A stretch of 64,000 bases of DNA, taken from assembly GCA_947085525.1 (NCBI GenBank), contig CAMTWU010000003.1, positions 25,866-89,865 on the forward strand, written 5' to 3'. Below are positions 37,668 to 47,726 of the stretch, in pieces. This stretch comes from an uncultured Candidatus Saccharibacteria bacterium (GTDB taxonomy: Bacteria > Patescibacteriota > Saccharimonadia > Saccharimonadales > Saccharimonadaceae). The notes under the pieces were generated by a model. It ran no database searches, had not been told where the DNA came from, and saw only the letters and a program-made list of their open reading frames with translations. Made by a program: the position numbers and the translations under genes. Every line of letters begins with the position of its first letter. Positions within the stretch are counted from its first letter, which is position 1.

Positions 37668-38087
37668 TTACGGACCACACCACCGTATGAACTCCTTGCG
37701 CTGCGTGAACTCGCTGGCATCTGTGATCGGAGTTTTGTACTTGACCCCAGCGATGTTCGCGAGCCACTTGCCGTCGTCACGGTTAAGGGTGACGCGACAG
37801 CCAACAGGGTAACCCTGCAAGCTGACCCCAGCCTCTCTGCTGTAAATCATTACAACACCCCGAAAGCCAAGCGCCTGAAGAGCTGCCTTGTCTTTGTCAG
37901 ATTGCTTCTGGTTGCCAGCCTCCTCTGCCGCTATGGCGAATGCCAGTGCAGCTATAAAAGCCAGAGCACCAAGATTGCCAAGCCACTTTGCTCGTTGTTT
38001 GTTCTTCTCAGGATCAGTTCGCAAGCAAAAAACAATGAGCACAATTGCGACTAACACAAAAAAGAGCGCCACATACCACATGTTCAT
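37668..38087 (-). CDS. Hypothetical two-TM membrane protein in a locally GC-elevated segment
   Basis: The start is set at ATGAACATG behind AAGGTGGTG. It has two hydrophobic helices and then a soluble tail of about 70 aa. The antisense 145-aa ORF is rejected. Confidence 0.5.
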   Translation of the reverse strand: MNMWYVALFFVLVAIVLIVFCLRTDPEKNKQRAKWLGNLGALAFIAALAFAIAAEEAGNQKQSDKDKAALQALGFRGVVMIYSREAGVSLQGYPVGCRVTLNRDDGKWLANIAGVKYKTPITDASEFTQRKEFIRWCGP

Positions 38088-38204
38088 CCTCACACCACCT
38101 TTTCGATTGATTTCAAAAATATGAAGATTAGTTTTTATTATGAAAAAATAAATAGTATTTGTCAAGTAGTTACACCTCGGTAATATTTGGTATAATGATC
38201 ATCA

Positions 38205-38495
38205 ATGGCGAGCATCTCAAAAGACGAGGTGATGCATTTAGCATCCCTCAGCAATATTAGTTTGACCGACGACGAAATCGAGTCGTTGCAGGGTGATTTG
38301 GAAAATATCCTGAGTTATGTCAGTACACTTTCAGGTATCAACACCGACGGCGTCGAGCCCACCTATCAGGTTAATGGACTACAGAATATAGATCGACCGG
38401 ACGAAGTTATAGATTATGGAGTCAGCCGTGAAGCGTTGCTGGCAACAGCTCCCGAGCAACTAGACAGTCAAATAAAGGTACCGAAGGTTATTTAA
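38205..38495 (+). CDS. gatC: Asp/Glu-tRNA amidotransferase subunit C
   Basis: 96 aa. The sequence VMHLASLSNISLTDDEIESLQGDLENILSYV is typical of GatC. Confidence 0.9.
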   Translation: MASISKDEVMHLASLSNISLTDDEIESLQGDLENILSYVSTLSGINTDGVEPTYQVNGLQNIDRPDEVIDYGVSREALLATAPEQLDSQIKVPKVI

Positions 38496-39910
38496 TGGCT
38501 AATATTCAAAGCATAGTCGATGCAGTTGCTAGTGGAAATTCTACAGCTGTCCAACAGGTGCGAGATGCAATCGCTAGAGCTAATGATAAATCAGATTTCA
38601 ATGCAATCCTTAGTTTTACCGAGGAGCGAGCACTACAGCGAGCGAATGAAATCGATGAAAAGATAAAAAAAGGCGAAAATGCTGGTCGACTAGCAGGTGT
38701 GCCATTCATTGCCAAAGACAACTTTTTGACATTTGGCTCACCGACTACTGCTGCTAGCAAGATTTTGCAAAACTTTGAAACACCGATCCAGGCTACTGCT
38801 ATCGAAAAGTTAGAGGCCGAGGGCGCAATTTGTATCGGCAAAGCCAACCTAGACGCATTTGCACACGGTGGTAGTACTGAAAACTCTGCCCGTGGTGTAA
38901 CCAAAAATGCTATCGATCAAACACGAGTCGCTGGTGGATCATCTGGTGGCTCTGCAGTCGCAGTTGCACTGGATATTGTTCCATTCACATTAGGCACCGA
39001 CACTGGCGGCTCTATTCGTCAACCAGCTAGCTTTAATGGTGTTGTTGGCGTCAAACCAACCTACGGCACAGTCAGTCGTTTCGGTGTGGTTGCTATGGCT
39101 AGCAGTACCGACGTCATAGGTCCGATTACCAAAAATGTTACTGATGCTGAACTAGTGCTAGATGTCCTAGCTGGTCGTGATGACCGTGACGGTACAACTT
39201 TGCCTGACTTTTTCACACCTAGAGATCAAACTTCAACAAAGCTTCGCATAGGTATCATCAATGACATGTTAGACGACGGTACAGACGCCGAAGTGAGCAG
39301 CGCGATCAAGAAATACGCAAATGATTTAAAAGACAAAGGTCACAATGTTGAAGAACTAGAACTCGGTACAGACTCGAGAATCAGCGACAGCTTGGCAATG
39401 TATTACATCATTGTTCCAGCAGAAATTAGCTCGAACTTGGCTCGTTATGATGGTATACGATACGGAGTACGCGCTGACGAAAAAGAGCTATCAGAGTTGT
39501 ATGGCAAGAGCCGCGACCAAGGTTTTGAGCTAGAAAACAAACGACGTATTTTGATAGGCAGCTACGTGTTATCTAGTGGTTACTACGATGCGTATTACAA
39601 TCAGGCTGCAAAAGCTCGTACATTATTGATTGCAGAATTTAACACATTGTTTGAAAAATACGATGTACTATTGAGCCCTATTGCCCCGACGCCTGCGTTC
39701 AAAATAGGCGAAAATACTGACGATCCTCTGAAAATGTACAAAGCTGATGTTATGACAGTACCAGCTAGTTTAGCTGGTTTGCCAGCGATCAGTGTACCAG
39801 CAGGTACAACCGAGGCAGGATTGCCTGTTGGTGTGCAGTTGATCGGTCAGCAAAAAACTGATGCACAATTGCTAACACTAGCTAAATCTATGGAGGCGAG
39901 TCATGAATAG
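38495..39910 (+). CDS. gatA: Asp/Glu-tRNA amidotransferase subunit A
   Basis: Amidase signature GGSSGGSAVAVA...GTDTGGSIRQPASFNGVVG. Confidence 0.95.
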   Translation: MANIQSIVDAVASGNSTAVQQVRDAIARANDKSDFNAILSFTEERALQRANEIDEKIKKGENAGRLAGVPFIAKDNFLTFGSPTTAASKILQNFETPIQATAIEKLEAEGAICIGKANLDAFAHGGSTENSARGVTKNAIDQTRVAGGSSGGSAVAVALDIVPFTLGTDTGGSIRQPASFNGVVGVKPTYGTVSRFGVVAMASSTDVIGPITKNVTDAELVLDVLAGRDDRDGTTLPDFFTPRDQTSTKLRIGIINDMLDDGTDAEVSSAIKKYANDLKDKGHNVEELELGTDSRISDSLAMYYIIVPAEISSNLARYDGIRYGVRADEKELSELYGKSRDQGFELENKRRILIGSYVLSSGYYDAYYNQAAKARTLLIAEFNTLFEKYDVLLSPIAPTPAFKIGENTDDPLKMYKADVMTVPASLAGLPAISVPAGTTEAGLPVGVQLIGQQKTDAQLLTLAKSMEASHE

Positions 39911-40319
39911 TTTTGTCGTCATCATGGTTATCGGCATTATCATTATAGGTATTATTATGCTGGGCATCATGGCGTCAACTCGTCGAAAAGCTCCTGGGTT
40001 AGACCAGCAAGAATTCCGCAGCAAGTGGCTCAAGATTGAAGCCAGTATCATCGATGACGAAGCCTCATGTCACTTGGCGATTCTAAATGCAGACAAGCTA
40101 CTGGACGCTGCGCTGAAAGCTCGAGGTTTTGCTGGTGAAACTATGGGCGAGCGTATGAAGGCTGCTCGCGGTATGTTTAGTAATAACAACGCCGTATGGG
40201 CAGCACACAAGCTACGCAACCAAATCGCACATGAGTCTGACGTAAATATAAAACCAAAAACTGCTAGGTATGCATTGAAAGCCTTTAAAAAAGGCTTGAA
40301 AGATTTGGGGGCACTATGA
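39903..40319 (+). CDS. Hypothetical N-terminally anchored protein inserted between gatA and gatB
   Basis: 138 aa with a TM helix (FVVIMVIGIIIIGIIMLGIMA) and a helical domain. It overlaps gatA by 8 nt and gatB by 4 nt. Confidence 0.55.
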   Translation: MNSFVVIMVIGIIIIGIIMLGIMASTRRKAPGLDQQEFRSKWLKIEASIIDDEASCHLAILNADKLLDAALKARGFAGETMGERMKAARGMFSNNNAVWAAHKLRNQIAHESDVNIKPKTARYALKAFKKGLKDLGAL

Positions 40320-41737
40320 GCAAACTAGTCCCAACCATCGGTATCGAATGTCACGTACAGTTGGCTACCAAAACCAAATTGTTTAGTGGTGCAAATAACG
40401 ACGCTCGTGATGAGGCGCCAAATAGTGTTGTTTCGCCAATCGATTACGGTCTACCTGGTATGTTGCCTGTGCTCAATCGTGGCGCAGTAGATTTAGCCAT
40501 AAAAGCTGGGTTGGCACTAGGCAGTGAAATTGCACTAACTAGTCGATTTGATCGTAAACATTATTTTTACCCCGATCTACCAAACGGCTATCAAATCACT
40601 CAGCTATACGAACCCATTATCCTGGAAGGCTTGGTGAAGGTTCCGTTGAATGGTGAAACTTTCGAAGTGCGCATACACCACGCGCACCTAGAGGCCGACG
40701 CTGGTAAGCTCACTCACTATGACGACTATAGTTTGGTTGATCTGAACCGTGTTGGCACACCATTGATTGAAATTGTGTCTGAGCCAGATATTCACAGTGC
40801 TCAACAAGCTAGGGCGTATGCACAAGAACTGTATTTGTTAATGACTTATGTTGGTGCAACGCATGGCGATCTGTATCACGGCAATATGCGCTTTGATGTG
40901 AATATTTCTGTCGCGCATGAAGACGGTAGCGAACTAGGTAATCGTGCCGAAGTCAAAAACCTCAATTCGTTCCGTGCGGTTGAAAAAGTTGTGGAGTATG
41001 AGTTCAAACGACAAAGCGAGCTACTAGAAAAAGGCGAAACGATAGAACAAGAAACTCGCGGCTGGGACGATGACAAACAAAAGACATTTAGCCAACGTTC
41101 CAAAGAAAATGCTCCTGATTATCGTTATATGCCTGATCCCGATTTGCCACCGATTGTATTGAAGTCAGAACAAATAGAGGCTGCAAAAACAAGTTTGCCA
41201 GTACTGCCAAATGTGTATCGTGAATCTTGGTCTACGCTCGGTCTCGACACTTCTGTGGTTACAACCCTACTATCAGACCGAAATATAGCGGAACTATTAC
41301 TAGCTACGCAAAAAACCACAGACGACACGACTGCAAAGAGGATAGCTAATTGGTTTGCTAGTGCTGTTGACTCGGATAGTGACCAAAAAGAACTGAGTCT
41401 AGACCAGAAAAAACTGACCAAACTATCGCAAATGGTTGAAGGTAGCGAGCTCAGCTCGACTGCAGCAAAAGAAATATTTAATGTGCTGATTGCTGGCAGT
41501 GATAAGTCACCTCGTGAAATTGCAGTAGAAAAAAACCTCCTTCAGGTTTCTGACGAAAGCGAAATCATCAAAGTCGTTGAGCAAGTACTAGCTGATCCAT
41601 CTGCACAAAAAGCCGTAGAGGATATCAAATCTGGCAATGACAAAGCAATTGGATTTCTAGTCGGACAGGTAATGAAACTCTCTGCTGGCAAAGCTAATCC
41701 AGCCCTAGCCCAAAAACTCATCCGCGAACGTCTGTAA
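40316..41737 (+). CDS. gatB: Asp/Glu-tRNA amidotransferase subunit B
   Basis: PTIGIECHVQL...FDRKHYFYPDLP.GYQITQ...NRVGTPLIEIVSEPD. Confidence 0.95.
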   Translation: MSKLVPTIGIECHVQLATKTKLFSGANNDARDEAPNSVVSPIDYGLPGMLPVLNRGAVDLAIKAGLALGSEIALTSRFDRKHYFYPDLPNGYQITQLYEPIILEGLVKVPLNGETFEVRIHHAHLEADAGKLTHYDDYSLVDLNRVGTPLIEIVSEPDIHSAQQARAYAQELYLLMTYVGATHGDLYHGNMRFDVNISVAHEDGSELGNRAEVKNLNSFRAVEKVVEYEFKRQSELLEKGETIEQETRGWDDDKQKTFSQRSKENAPDYRYMPDPDLPPIVLKSEQIEAAKTSLPVLPNVYRESWSTLGLDTSVVTTLLSDRNIAELLLATQKTTDDTTAKRIANWFASAVDSDSDQKELSLDQKKLTKLSQMVEGSELSSTAAKEIFNVLIAGSDKSPREIAVEKNLLQVSDESEIIKVVEQVLADPSAQKAVEDIKSGNDKAIGFLVGQVMKLSAGKANPALAQKLIRERL

Positions 41738-41821
41738 CCTCAATTAAATACACTGCGCAGATTAGTCTGTGGTGTTATAATAGTCATAGAACAAAAGAAT
41801 AATGCATCATAGGAGCGGTAC

Positions 41822-42073
41822 ATGTCAGATCCAGCGTATATATTAGTCATAATTCTCAGCGTATTTTTAGCAGTTTCATTGCTGTTATCAATCATATTAC
41901 TCGTCATGCTCATTCAATTCGTCAAACGTGTTAATACTGTTGCAGCAAGCGTCCAAGCAACCGCAGAAAATGTCGAAACCGTAGTGAGTGGCGTCAGTAA
42001 AGTCACGTCACCAATGATAATCGCAAAACTTATCATGAAGCAGTTCAATGAAAAAGGAAAGGGGAAGAAATAA
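41822..42073 (+). CDS. Small membrane protein (DUF948-like arrangement upstream of YtxH)
   Basis: 83 aa with an N-terminal TM helix and then a helical segment. SD is aggagcgg. Confidence 0.45.
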   Translation: MSDPAYILVIILSVFLAVSLLLSIILLVMLIQFVKRVNTVAASVQATAENVETVVSGVSKVTSPMIIAKLIMKQFNEKGKGKK

Positions 42074-42381
42074 TGAGTAAAAAATTCGCAGCAGGAGCAT
42101 TAATAGGCGCAATTGCAGGTGCGGTTGCCGGAGTATTAGCAGCCCCAAAGAGTGGTAAAGAAACACGTGAGGATATCAAAAAGAAAGCCGAAGAAGCCAA
42201 GCAGGATACTGTCGATGCATATGAAACAACCAAGGCAGAAGTAAGCAAGCAAACTGCTGATGCCAAAAAACAAGCCGAAGCCAAAGTAAAAGAAGCTAAA
42301 GCTACAGCTGAGGATCTAAAGAAACGTACTGAAAAAGCAGCTGACGCAGCTAAAAAAGAATTCAACAAACCTGCAAAATAG
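42073..42381 (+). CDS. YtxH-domain protein
   Basis: GALIGAIAGAVAGVLAAPKSGKETREDIKKKAEE is the YtxH signature, followed by Lys/Ala/Glu-rich helices. Confidence 0.75.
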   Translation: MSKKFAAGALIGAIAGAVAGVLAAPKSGKETREDIKKKAEEAKQDTVDAYETTKAEVSKQTADAKKQAEAKVKEAKATAEDLKKRTEKAADAAKKEFNKPAK

Positions 42382-42383
42382 AT

Positions 42384-42659
42384 ATGTCAGAAGCTTTAAA
42401 AAACACAAAGGAAAGTATCAAGCGCGATCAGGTCATTGGTGCTCACCGAGAACTTCTAGAGCAACTCTTTGATGACCATTACAAATACAGATGGCGTGTG
42501 TACAAGATGAATTTTGTACGTGGTATATTTTTTGGCGTTGGTTCAGTGATAGGTGCGACAATTATTGTATCTTTTGTTATATGGATACTAACTCTTTTAA
42601 ATGTTCCTGATAATTTCATTGAATCTATAGAGACAAAACAGAGTCAAACAGTACAGTAA
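42384..42659 (+). CDS. Small membrane protein (DUF5665-like)
   Basis: 91 aa. The sequence FVRGIFFGVGSVIGATIIVSFVIWIL resembles the DUF5665 core. This is a low-confidence family call. Confidence 0.45.
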   Translation: MSEALKNTKESIKRDQVIGAHRELLEQLFDDHYKYRWRVYKMNFVRGIFFGVGSVIGATIIVSFVIWILTLLNVPDNFIESIETKQSQTVQ

Positions 42660-42691
42660 AATAAAGGGTGTGAGAGAGGGGTAGAGTAGGT

Positions 42692-45600
42692 GTGAGTAAG
42701 CAAGCGGTACAATTACAGCCGTCTGATTATGTGCATTTGCATAATCACACCCACCATAGCTTGCTCGATGGCATGACGAAAATCGATGCCCTGGTAGAGC
42801 GTGTCAAAATGATGGGCATGGAAGCTGTTGCGATGACTGACCATGGCACATTATCTGGCACGATTGACTTTTACAAAGCCTGTAAAGGCGAGGGTATCAA
42901 GCCGATTATCGGCATGGAAGCCTACATAGCTGCTCGCAAACATACTGACAAAGAAGCCCAGCATGACAAGCCGCGCTATCACCTGATCATCCTCGCGATG
43001 AATAACAAGGGGTATGAGAACCTGATGCGACTTTCAACAATCGCCAATCTGGATGGTATGTACTACAAACCTCGTATTGACCGCGATCTGTTAGAGCAAT
43101 ACAACGAAGGATTAATCATCCTGAGTGGATGTGCCAGTAGCGAAATCGGCGAAGCACTAAAAAATGGCAACTATGAACCTGCCAAAAAGACTGCTCAGTG
43201 GTATAAAAAAATATTTGGCGATCGATATTATCTGGAGATCCAAGACCATGGTGATTGGGAAGACCAGTTAAAGATCAATGCTGGTGTTGAAAAACTATCC
43301 AGGGAGTTGGACATTCCTAGAGTACTAACAGGCGATGCCCACTACTTGAACAAAGATGATTCTCAAGCTCACGAAATTTTATTATGTGTTGGCACAAACG
43401 CCTATTTGTCAGACAAAAACCGTATGAGTCTAGAAGGCTTCCATCTACACGTCCGTGATCCAAATGAAATTATCGAAAAATGGGGTGATCAACCCGAGCT
43501 CATTACGACTAGCAAAGCTATTGCTGATCGCTGTGATGTAGAGATCGAACTCGGTAGTATCTTGATCCCGACATTTCCAACTCCGCCGAAAGAAACCGAA
43601 AAAAGCTATCTACAAAAACTAGTCTATCAAGGGTTGGCATGGCGCTACGGTAATGTTGAGCGTGAAAAAGCGTTGAAAATGACCGTTACTGATGCAAAGA
43701 AAAAGTTGCCTGACAATGTGCTGGAACGTGCCAAGTTTGAACTAAGTGTCATCGACAATATGGGCTTCAATGGTTATTTCTTGATCGTGCAGGACTTTAT
43801 CAACTGGGGTAAAGATCGCGGAATTATTTTTGGTCCCGGTCGTGGTAGTGCGGCTGGCTCGATCATTTCGTATGCCCTGAACACGACAGATCTTGATCCA
43901 ATTCACTACGATTTACTGTTCGAAAGGTTCCTCAACCCAGATCGTATCTCGATGCCTGATATCGATATTGATATTCAAGATACCCGTCGCGATGAAGTGA
44001 TTCAATATTGTATAGATAAATACGGCAGTGACCGCGTGGCGAATATTGTCACCTTTGGAACCATGGCAGCACGGGCGGCAGTACGAGATGTTGCACGTGT
44101 GTTAGAAGTACCATACGCCGAAGCTGATCACTTGGCCAAACTCATTCCACCACCTGTGCAGGGGCGACATATTCCACTGGCAAAAAGCATCCAGGACGAT
44201 CCAGACCTAAAGAACCAATATGAAACAAATGAACGAGCTCACGAAGTAATCGACTTTGCATCTAGACTAGAGGGAACCATACGCTCACATGGTGTACATG
44301 CCGCGGGTGTGGTGATTGCACCAGACGAGTTGGTCAAATTTGCACCACTAGAAATGGCGCAAAAGGGTGTCGTTTCGACCCAGTACCCGATGTTCCCGAT
44401 TGAAGATCTAGGTCTACTCAAAATGGATTTTTTGGGTCTTTCTAACCTGACAACAATCAATAATGCCATGAGGATAGTAAAGAAAGTTTACGGTGAGGAT
44501 ATCGATCTCAACACATTGAAACTTGATGACAAAGAAACCTACGAGCTATTCCAGCGTGGCGACACGACCGGTGTATTTCAGTTAGAATCTGCCGGAATGA
44601 AACGCTATCTCAAGCAACTAAAACCGAGCGTGTTCGATGACATTATTGCCATGGTTGCTTTGTATCGTCCTGGTCCAATGCAGTTTATCGATAGCTTTAT
44701 CAAACGAAAACATGGGAAAGAAAAAATCAGCTACCTGCACCCAAAGATGGAAAATGCCCTGAGCAATACCTACGGGGTTTTGGTGTACCAAGAGCAGTTT
44801 ATGCAGATCAGTAAGGATCTTGCTGGGTTTACTGGTGGTCAAGCCGATACCCTTAGGAAGGCGGTTGGTAAAAAGATCATGACAATGATGAAAAAGATCA
44901 AACCAGAATTTGTCGAGGGTGCGATCAAACATAGCAATGCCGATCGAAAAACGATGGAACTCTTTTGGGATCAGCTAGAAGAATTCGCTAACTATTGTTT
45001 CAACAAATCTCATGCTGCATGTTACGCATTGATCTCGTACTGGACTGCGTATCTCAAAGCCCACTACCCAGATGCTTTTATGGCAGCATTGATGACGAGT
45101 GATCAGGGTGATATTGACCGATTAGCAATCGAAATTGCTGAGGCACAGCATATGGGTATCAAAGTGTTGTCACCAGACGTAAACCTGAGTTTCGTTGAGT
45201 TCTCGGTCGTACCAGGCAAGAACGAAATCCGTTTTGGCTTGGCTGCGGTCAAGGGTGTTGGTGTCGGAGCTGTCGAAGCAATTTTGGAAGCCCGAGAAGC
45301 AGGCCCATTCACCTCACCAGAAGATTTTGCAAAACGTGTACCTGCCAATAAGGTCAATCGTCGAGTTTGGGATTCACTCATCAAATCAGGTGCATTTGAT
45401 TCTATGGCAGATCGATCAGACCTACTGTTCAATCTAGATGTTATTCTAGGCTTTGCTTCAAAACTACAAAAAGAAGCCTTGTCTGGACAAACAGATTTGT
45501 TTGCGAGCTTGGGAGAGACGGTATCTGACGTTATACCGAGCCTCGATCTGAAACCATCACCAACCAAACACAGCGAAAAAGAACGCCTCACCTGGGAGCG

Positions 45601-46312
45601 AGAACTACTCGGTCTATACCTCAGCTCCCATCCGCTCGACCCATACTCGGTCTATCTCAACGAGCAAACAGTTCCTCTAGACCAAGTCACACTCGATGCA
45701 GACGGCAAAGGCTTGACCGTTGGTGGAATCATCAGCACCGTTCGAGCTATCACGACCAAAAATGGCAGCAAGATGGCTTTCCTCAAATTAGAAGATAAAT
45801 TCGGTGAGACAGAAATAATCATTTTTCCGAAACTCTACCAAGAAATTGGCGAACGGCTGCTGCAGGATACTGTTATCAAGGTGAACGGTCGTGTCAATGC
45901 TCGTAACCAAGCTGGTAACTTGCAGGACGAAACAAAAGTTATTGTCGAAAAAATAACCATTGTGTCTCAGGAAGAGCTGGATAACTATCAACCGACAGGA
46001 CAACAGCAAAAAGCTCCCGCAGCCAAAAAAGGCAGCAAAAAAGCTACTAACGAGAAAAAGAAAACTGAAACTGTCGAACCGGTCAGTACTATCCCGACTA
46101 TGTATATTCATATCAAGGACACTAACGACCATGATAGACTACGCGAAATGAAGCGAGAGCTCAGTAGTGTGCCTGGTGAGAATCAAGTTATTTTGGTGCT
46201 AGGCGAAGATAAAGCGTCTGCTATTCGCCTACCTTTTACGACTAATTTGTCAGAAAGTCTGGTCGCAAATATAAAGAGTCTGTACGGATCTGACCAAGTG
46301 GTTGTGAAATAG
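42692..46312 (+). CDS. dnaE: DNA polymerase III alpha subunit
   Basis: 1206 aa with a GTG start. The PHP domain opens FVHLHNHTHHSLLDG, followed by PDIDIDI, the finger and beta-binding regions, and an OB fold. Confidence 0.95.
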   Translation: MSKQAVQLQPSDYVHLHNHTHHSLLDGMTKIDALVERVKMMGMEAVAMTDHGTLSGTIDFYKACKGEGIKPIIGMEAYIAARKHTDKEAQHDKPRYHLIILAMNNKGYENLMRLSTIANLDGMYYKPRIDRDLLEQYNEGLIILSGCASSEIGEALKNGNYEPAKKTAQWYKKIFGDRYYLEIQDHGDWEDQLKINAGVEKLSRELDIPRVLTGDAHYLNKDDSQAHEILLCVGTNAYLSDKNRMSLEGFHLHVRDPNEIIEKWGDQPELITTSKAIADRCDVEIELGSILIPTFPTPPKETEKSYLQKLVYQGLAWRYGNVEREKALKMTVTDAKKKLPDNVLERAKFELSVIDNMGFNGYFLIVQDFINWGKDRGIIFGPGRGSAAGSIISYALNTTDLDPIHYDLLFERFLNPDRISMPDIDIDIQDTRRDEVIQYCIDKYGSDRVANIVTFGTMAARAAVRDVARVLEVPYAEADHLAKLIPPPVQGRHIPLAKSIQDDPDLKNQYETNERAHEVIDFASRLEGTIRSHGVHAAGVVIAPDELVKFAPLEMAQKGVVSTQYPMFPIEDLGLLKMDFLGLSNLTTINNAMRIVKKVYGEDIDLNTLKLDDKETYELFQRGDTTGVFQLESAGMKRYLKQLKPSVFDDIIAMVALYRPGPMQFIDSFIKRKHGKEKISYLHPKMENALSNTYGVLVYQEQFMQISKDLAGFTGGQADTLRKAVGKKIMTMMKKIKPEFVEGAIKHSNADRKTMELFWDQLEEFANYCFNKSHAACYALISYWTAYLKAHYPDAFMAALMTSDQGDIDRLAIEIAEAQHMGIKVLSPDVNLSFVEFSVVPGKNEIRFGLAAVKGVGVGAVEAILEAREAGPFTSPEDFAKRVPANKVNRRVWDSLIKSGAFDSMADRSDLLFNLDVILGFASKLQKEALSGQTDLFASLGETVSDVIPSLDLKPSPTKHSEKERLTWERELLGLYLSSHPLDPYSVYLNEQTVPLDQVTLDADGKGLTVGGIISTVRAITTKNGSKMAFLKLEDKFGETEIIIFPKLYQEIGERLLQDTVIKVNGRVNARNQAGNLQDETKVIVEKITIVSQEELDNYQPTGQQQKAPAAKKGSKKATNEKKKTETVEPVSTIPTMYIHIKDTNDHDRLREMKRELSSVPGENQVILVLGEDKASAIRLPFTTNLSESLVANIKSLYGSDQVVVK

Positions 46313-46340
46313 TTAACGCTAATGGTAAAATTGTAATCAT

Positions 46341-47717
46341 ATGGCACACAGAGGGACTCTAGTGAGGGGTAAGCAGCTGAACAAGTGGTCGGTACTATTA
46401 TTTTTTTCAATAATATTACTAGTGATTTTTAGTTTTGTTAGTTACAAAAATAGTCTATCCTCACATTCGGCACAAAGCCCAGTCAGTAAGGCAGCACAAA
46501 TCTCAGCCAAATCCTTTGGTACAGCATATACCGTTACTAGGGTGCACGCATCAAAAAATACCATTATCATGAATAACCTATGGCGTTCATCTGTGCAACT
46601 AGCGGGTGGAGGTTATAATAACTGCGCTCTCTCTAATGGTAATGTGTATTGTTGGGGCAAAGGAACAAATGGTCAACTAGGAAACAGCGCAAGTAGTAAT
46701 GCTGTGACACCAGTAGCTGTCACAAGAGACATATTAAATGGGCAAAGAATGACTCAAATAGCGGGTGGTGCTAATCATATGTGTGCGATCAACAGTGGAT
46801 TGGCTGCATGTTGGGGGGATAATACTTATGGCCAACTCGGTAACAACAGTGCGACAACTTCGTTCAATACCCCGCAACAAGTAGCTACGTTTGGTCCACT
46901 CCTCACTATTAGTCATATAGCAGCAGGTGCACGGAATAGCTGTGGAATCGCCAGTAATGCGGCGTATTGCTGGGGCGATAATTCATCCGGGGCAGTTGGC
47001 AATAATTCATCTACAAACGTAGCGTCTCCTACTCTCGTTACTGCTTCTGCGGGGTTATTAGGAGGTAAATCGGTTACTCAAATTCAGGTTGGGGGGCTAT
47101 TTGCCTGTGCACTTGCAAACGGTGGTGTGTATTGTTGGGGTAGTAATACTTATGGCCAACTCGGCAACAGCAGTACAACATTGAGCAGGGTGCCTGTCAG
47201 AGTTCTGAATACGGGAGCTTTGCTAAACAAGACGGTTTCACAAATAGCTGTAGGTAACGAGCATGCTTGCGCTATTGCCGACGGCCAGGCCTACTGTTGG
47301 GGTCGCAACAACTACGGTCAGCTAGGTACAGGGAATACGACCAATAGTAGTGTTCCTGTCGAAGTCAGTACTTCTACAGGGTTATTAGGCAAAGTGGTCA
47401 CAAATGTACTTAACGGTGGATATTCTCATACATGTGCTATAGCTGATAGTCAGGCATATTGTTGGGGTCGCAACAATTACGGTCAACTAGGTGATGGCAC
47501 GATAGCCGACAAGACTAGCCCTGTCGCAGTTAATGTTTCTGGAGTGCTGAGTGGTAAAGGTGTGACGCAACTTATCGGCGGTGATTTGTACACATGTAGT
47601 ATTGCAAACGGACGTGCATACTGCTGGGGAGATAACTCCTTTGGCCAGTTAGGTATAAATGCCAACACTCCTGTGAGTACCTCGATACCTTATAGGGTAA
47701 ATGATGGGTATTATTAG
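46341..47717 (+). CDS. Membrane-anchored RCC1-repeat (seven-bladed beta-propeller) protein
   Basis: N-terminal TM helix followed by seven repeats of the type (Y/A)CWG.N.YGQLGN spaced about 50 aa apart. A GTG at 46362 behind AGAGGGA is an alternative start. Confidence 0.8.
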   Translation: MAHRGTLVRGKQLNKWSVLLFFSIILLVIFSFVSYKNSLSSHSAQSPVSKAAQISAKSFGTAYTVTRVHASKNTIIMNNLWRSSVQLAGGGYNNCALSNGNVYCWGKGTNGQLGNSASSNAVTPVAVTRDILNGQRMTQIAGGANHMCAINSGLAACWGDNTYGQLGNNSATTSFNTPQQVATFGPLLTISHIAAGARNSCGIASNAAYCWGDNSSGAVGNNSSTNVASPTLVTASAGLLGGKSVTQIQVGGLFACALANGGVYCWGSNTYGQLGNSSTTLSRVPVRVLNTGALLNKTVSQIAVGNEHACAIADGQAYCWGRNNYGQLGTGNTTNSSVPVEVSTSTGLLGKVVTNVLNGGYSHTCAIADSQAYCWGRNNYGQLGDGTIADKTSPVAVNVSGVLSGKGVTQLIGGDLYTCSIANGRAYCWGDNSFGQLGINANTPVSTSIPYRVNDGYY

Positions 47718-47726
47718 GAAAATAGT

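Noticed and set aside
37617-38054. The 145-aa plus-strand ORF downstream of uvrB.
   Set aside because: It has a GTG start without an SD and a Cys/Arg/Leu-rich composition. The minus-strand frame has an SD-like AAGGTGGTG, two clean TM helices and normal codon usage.
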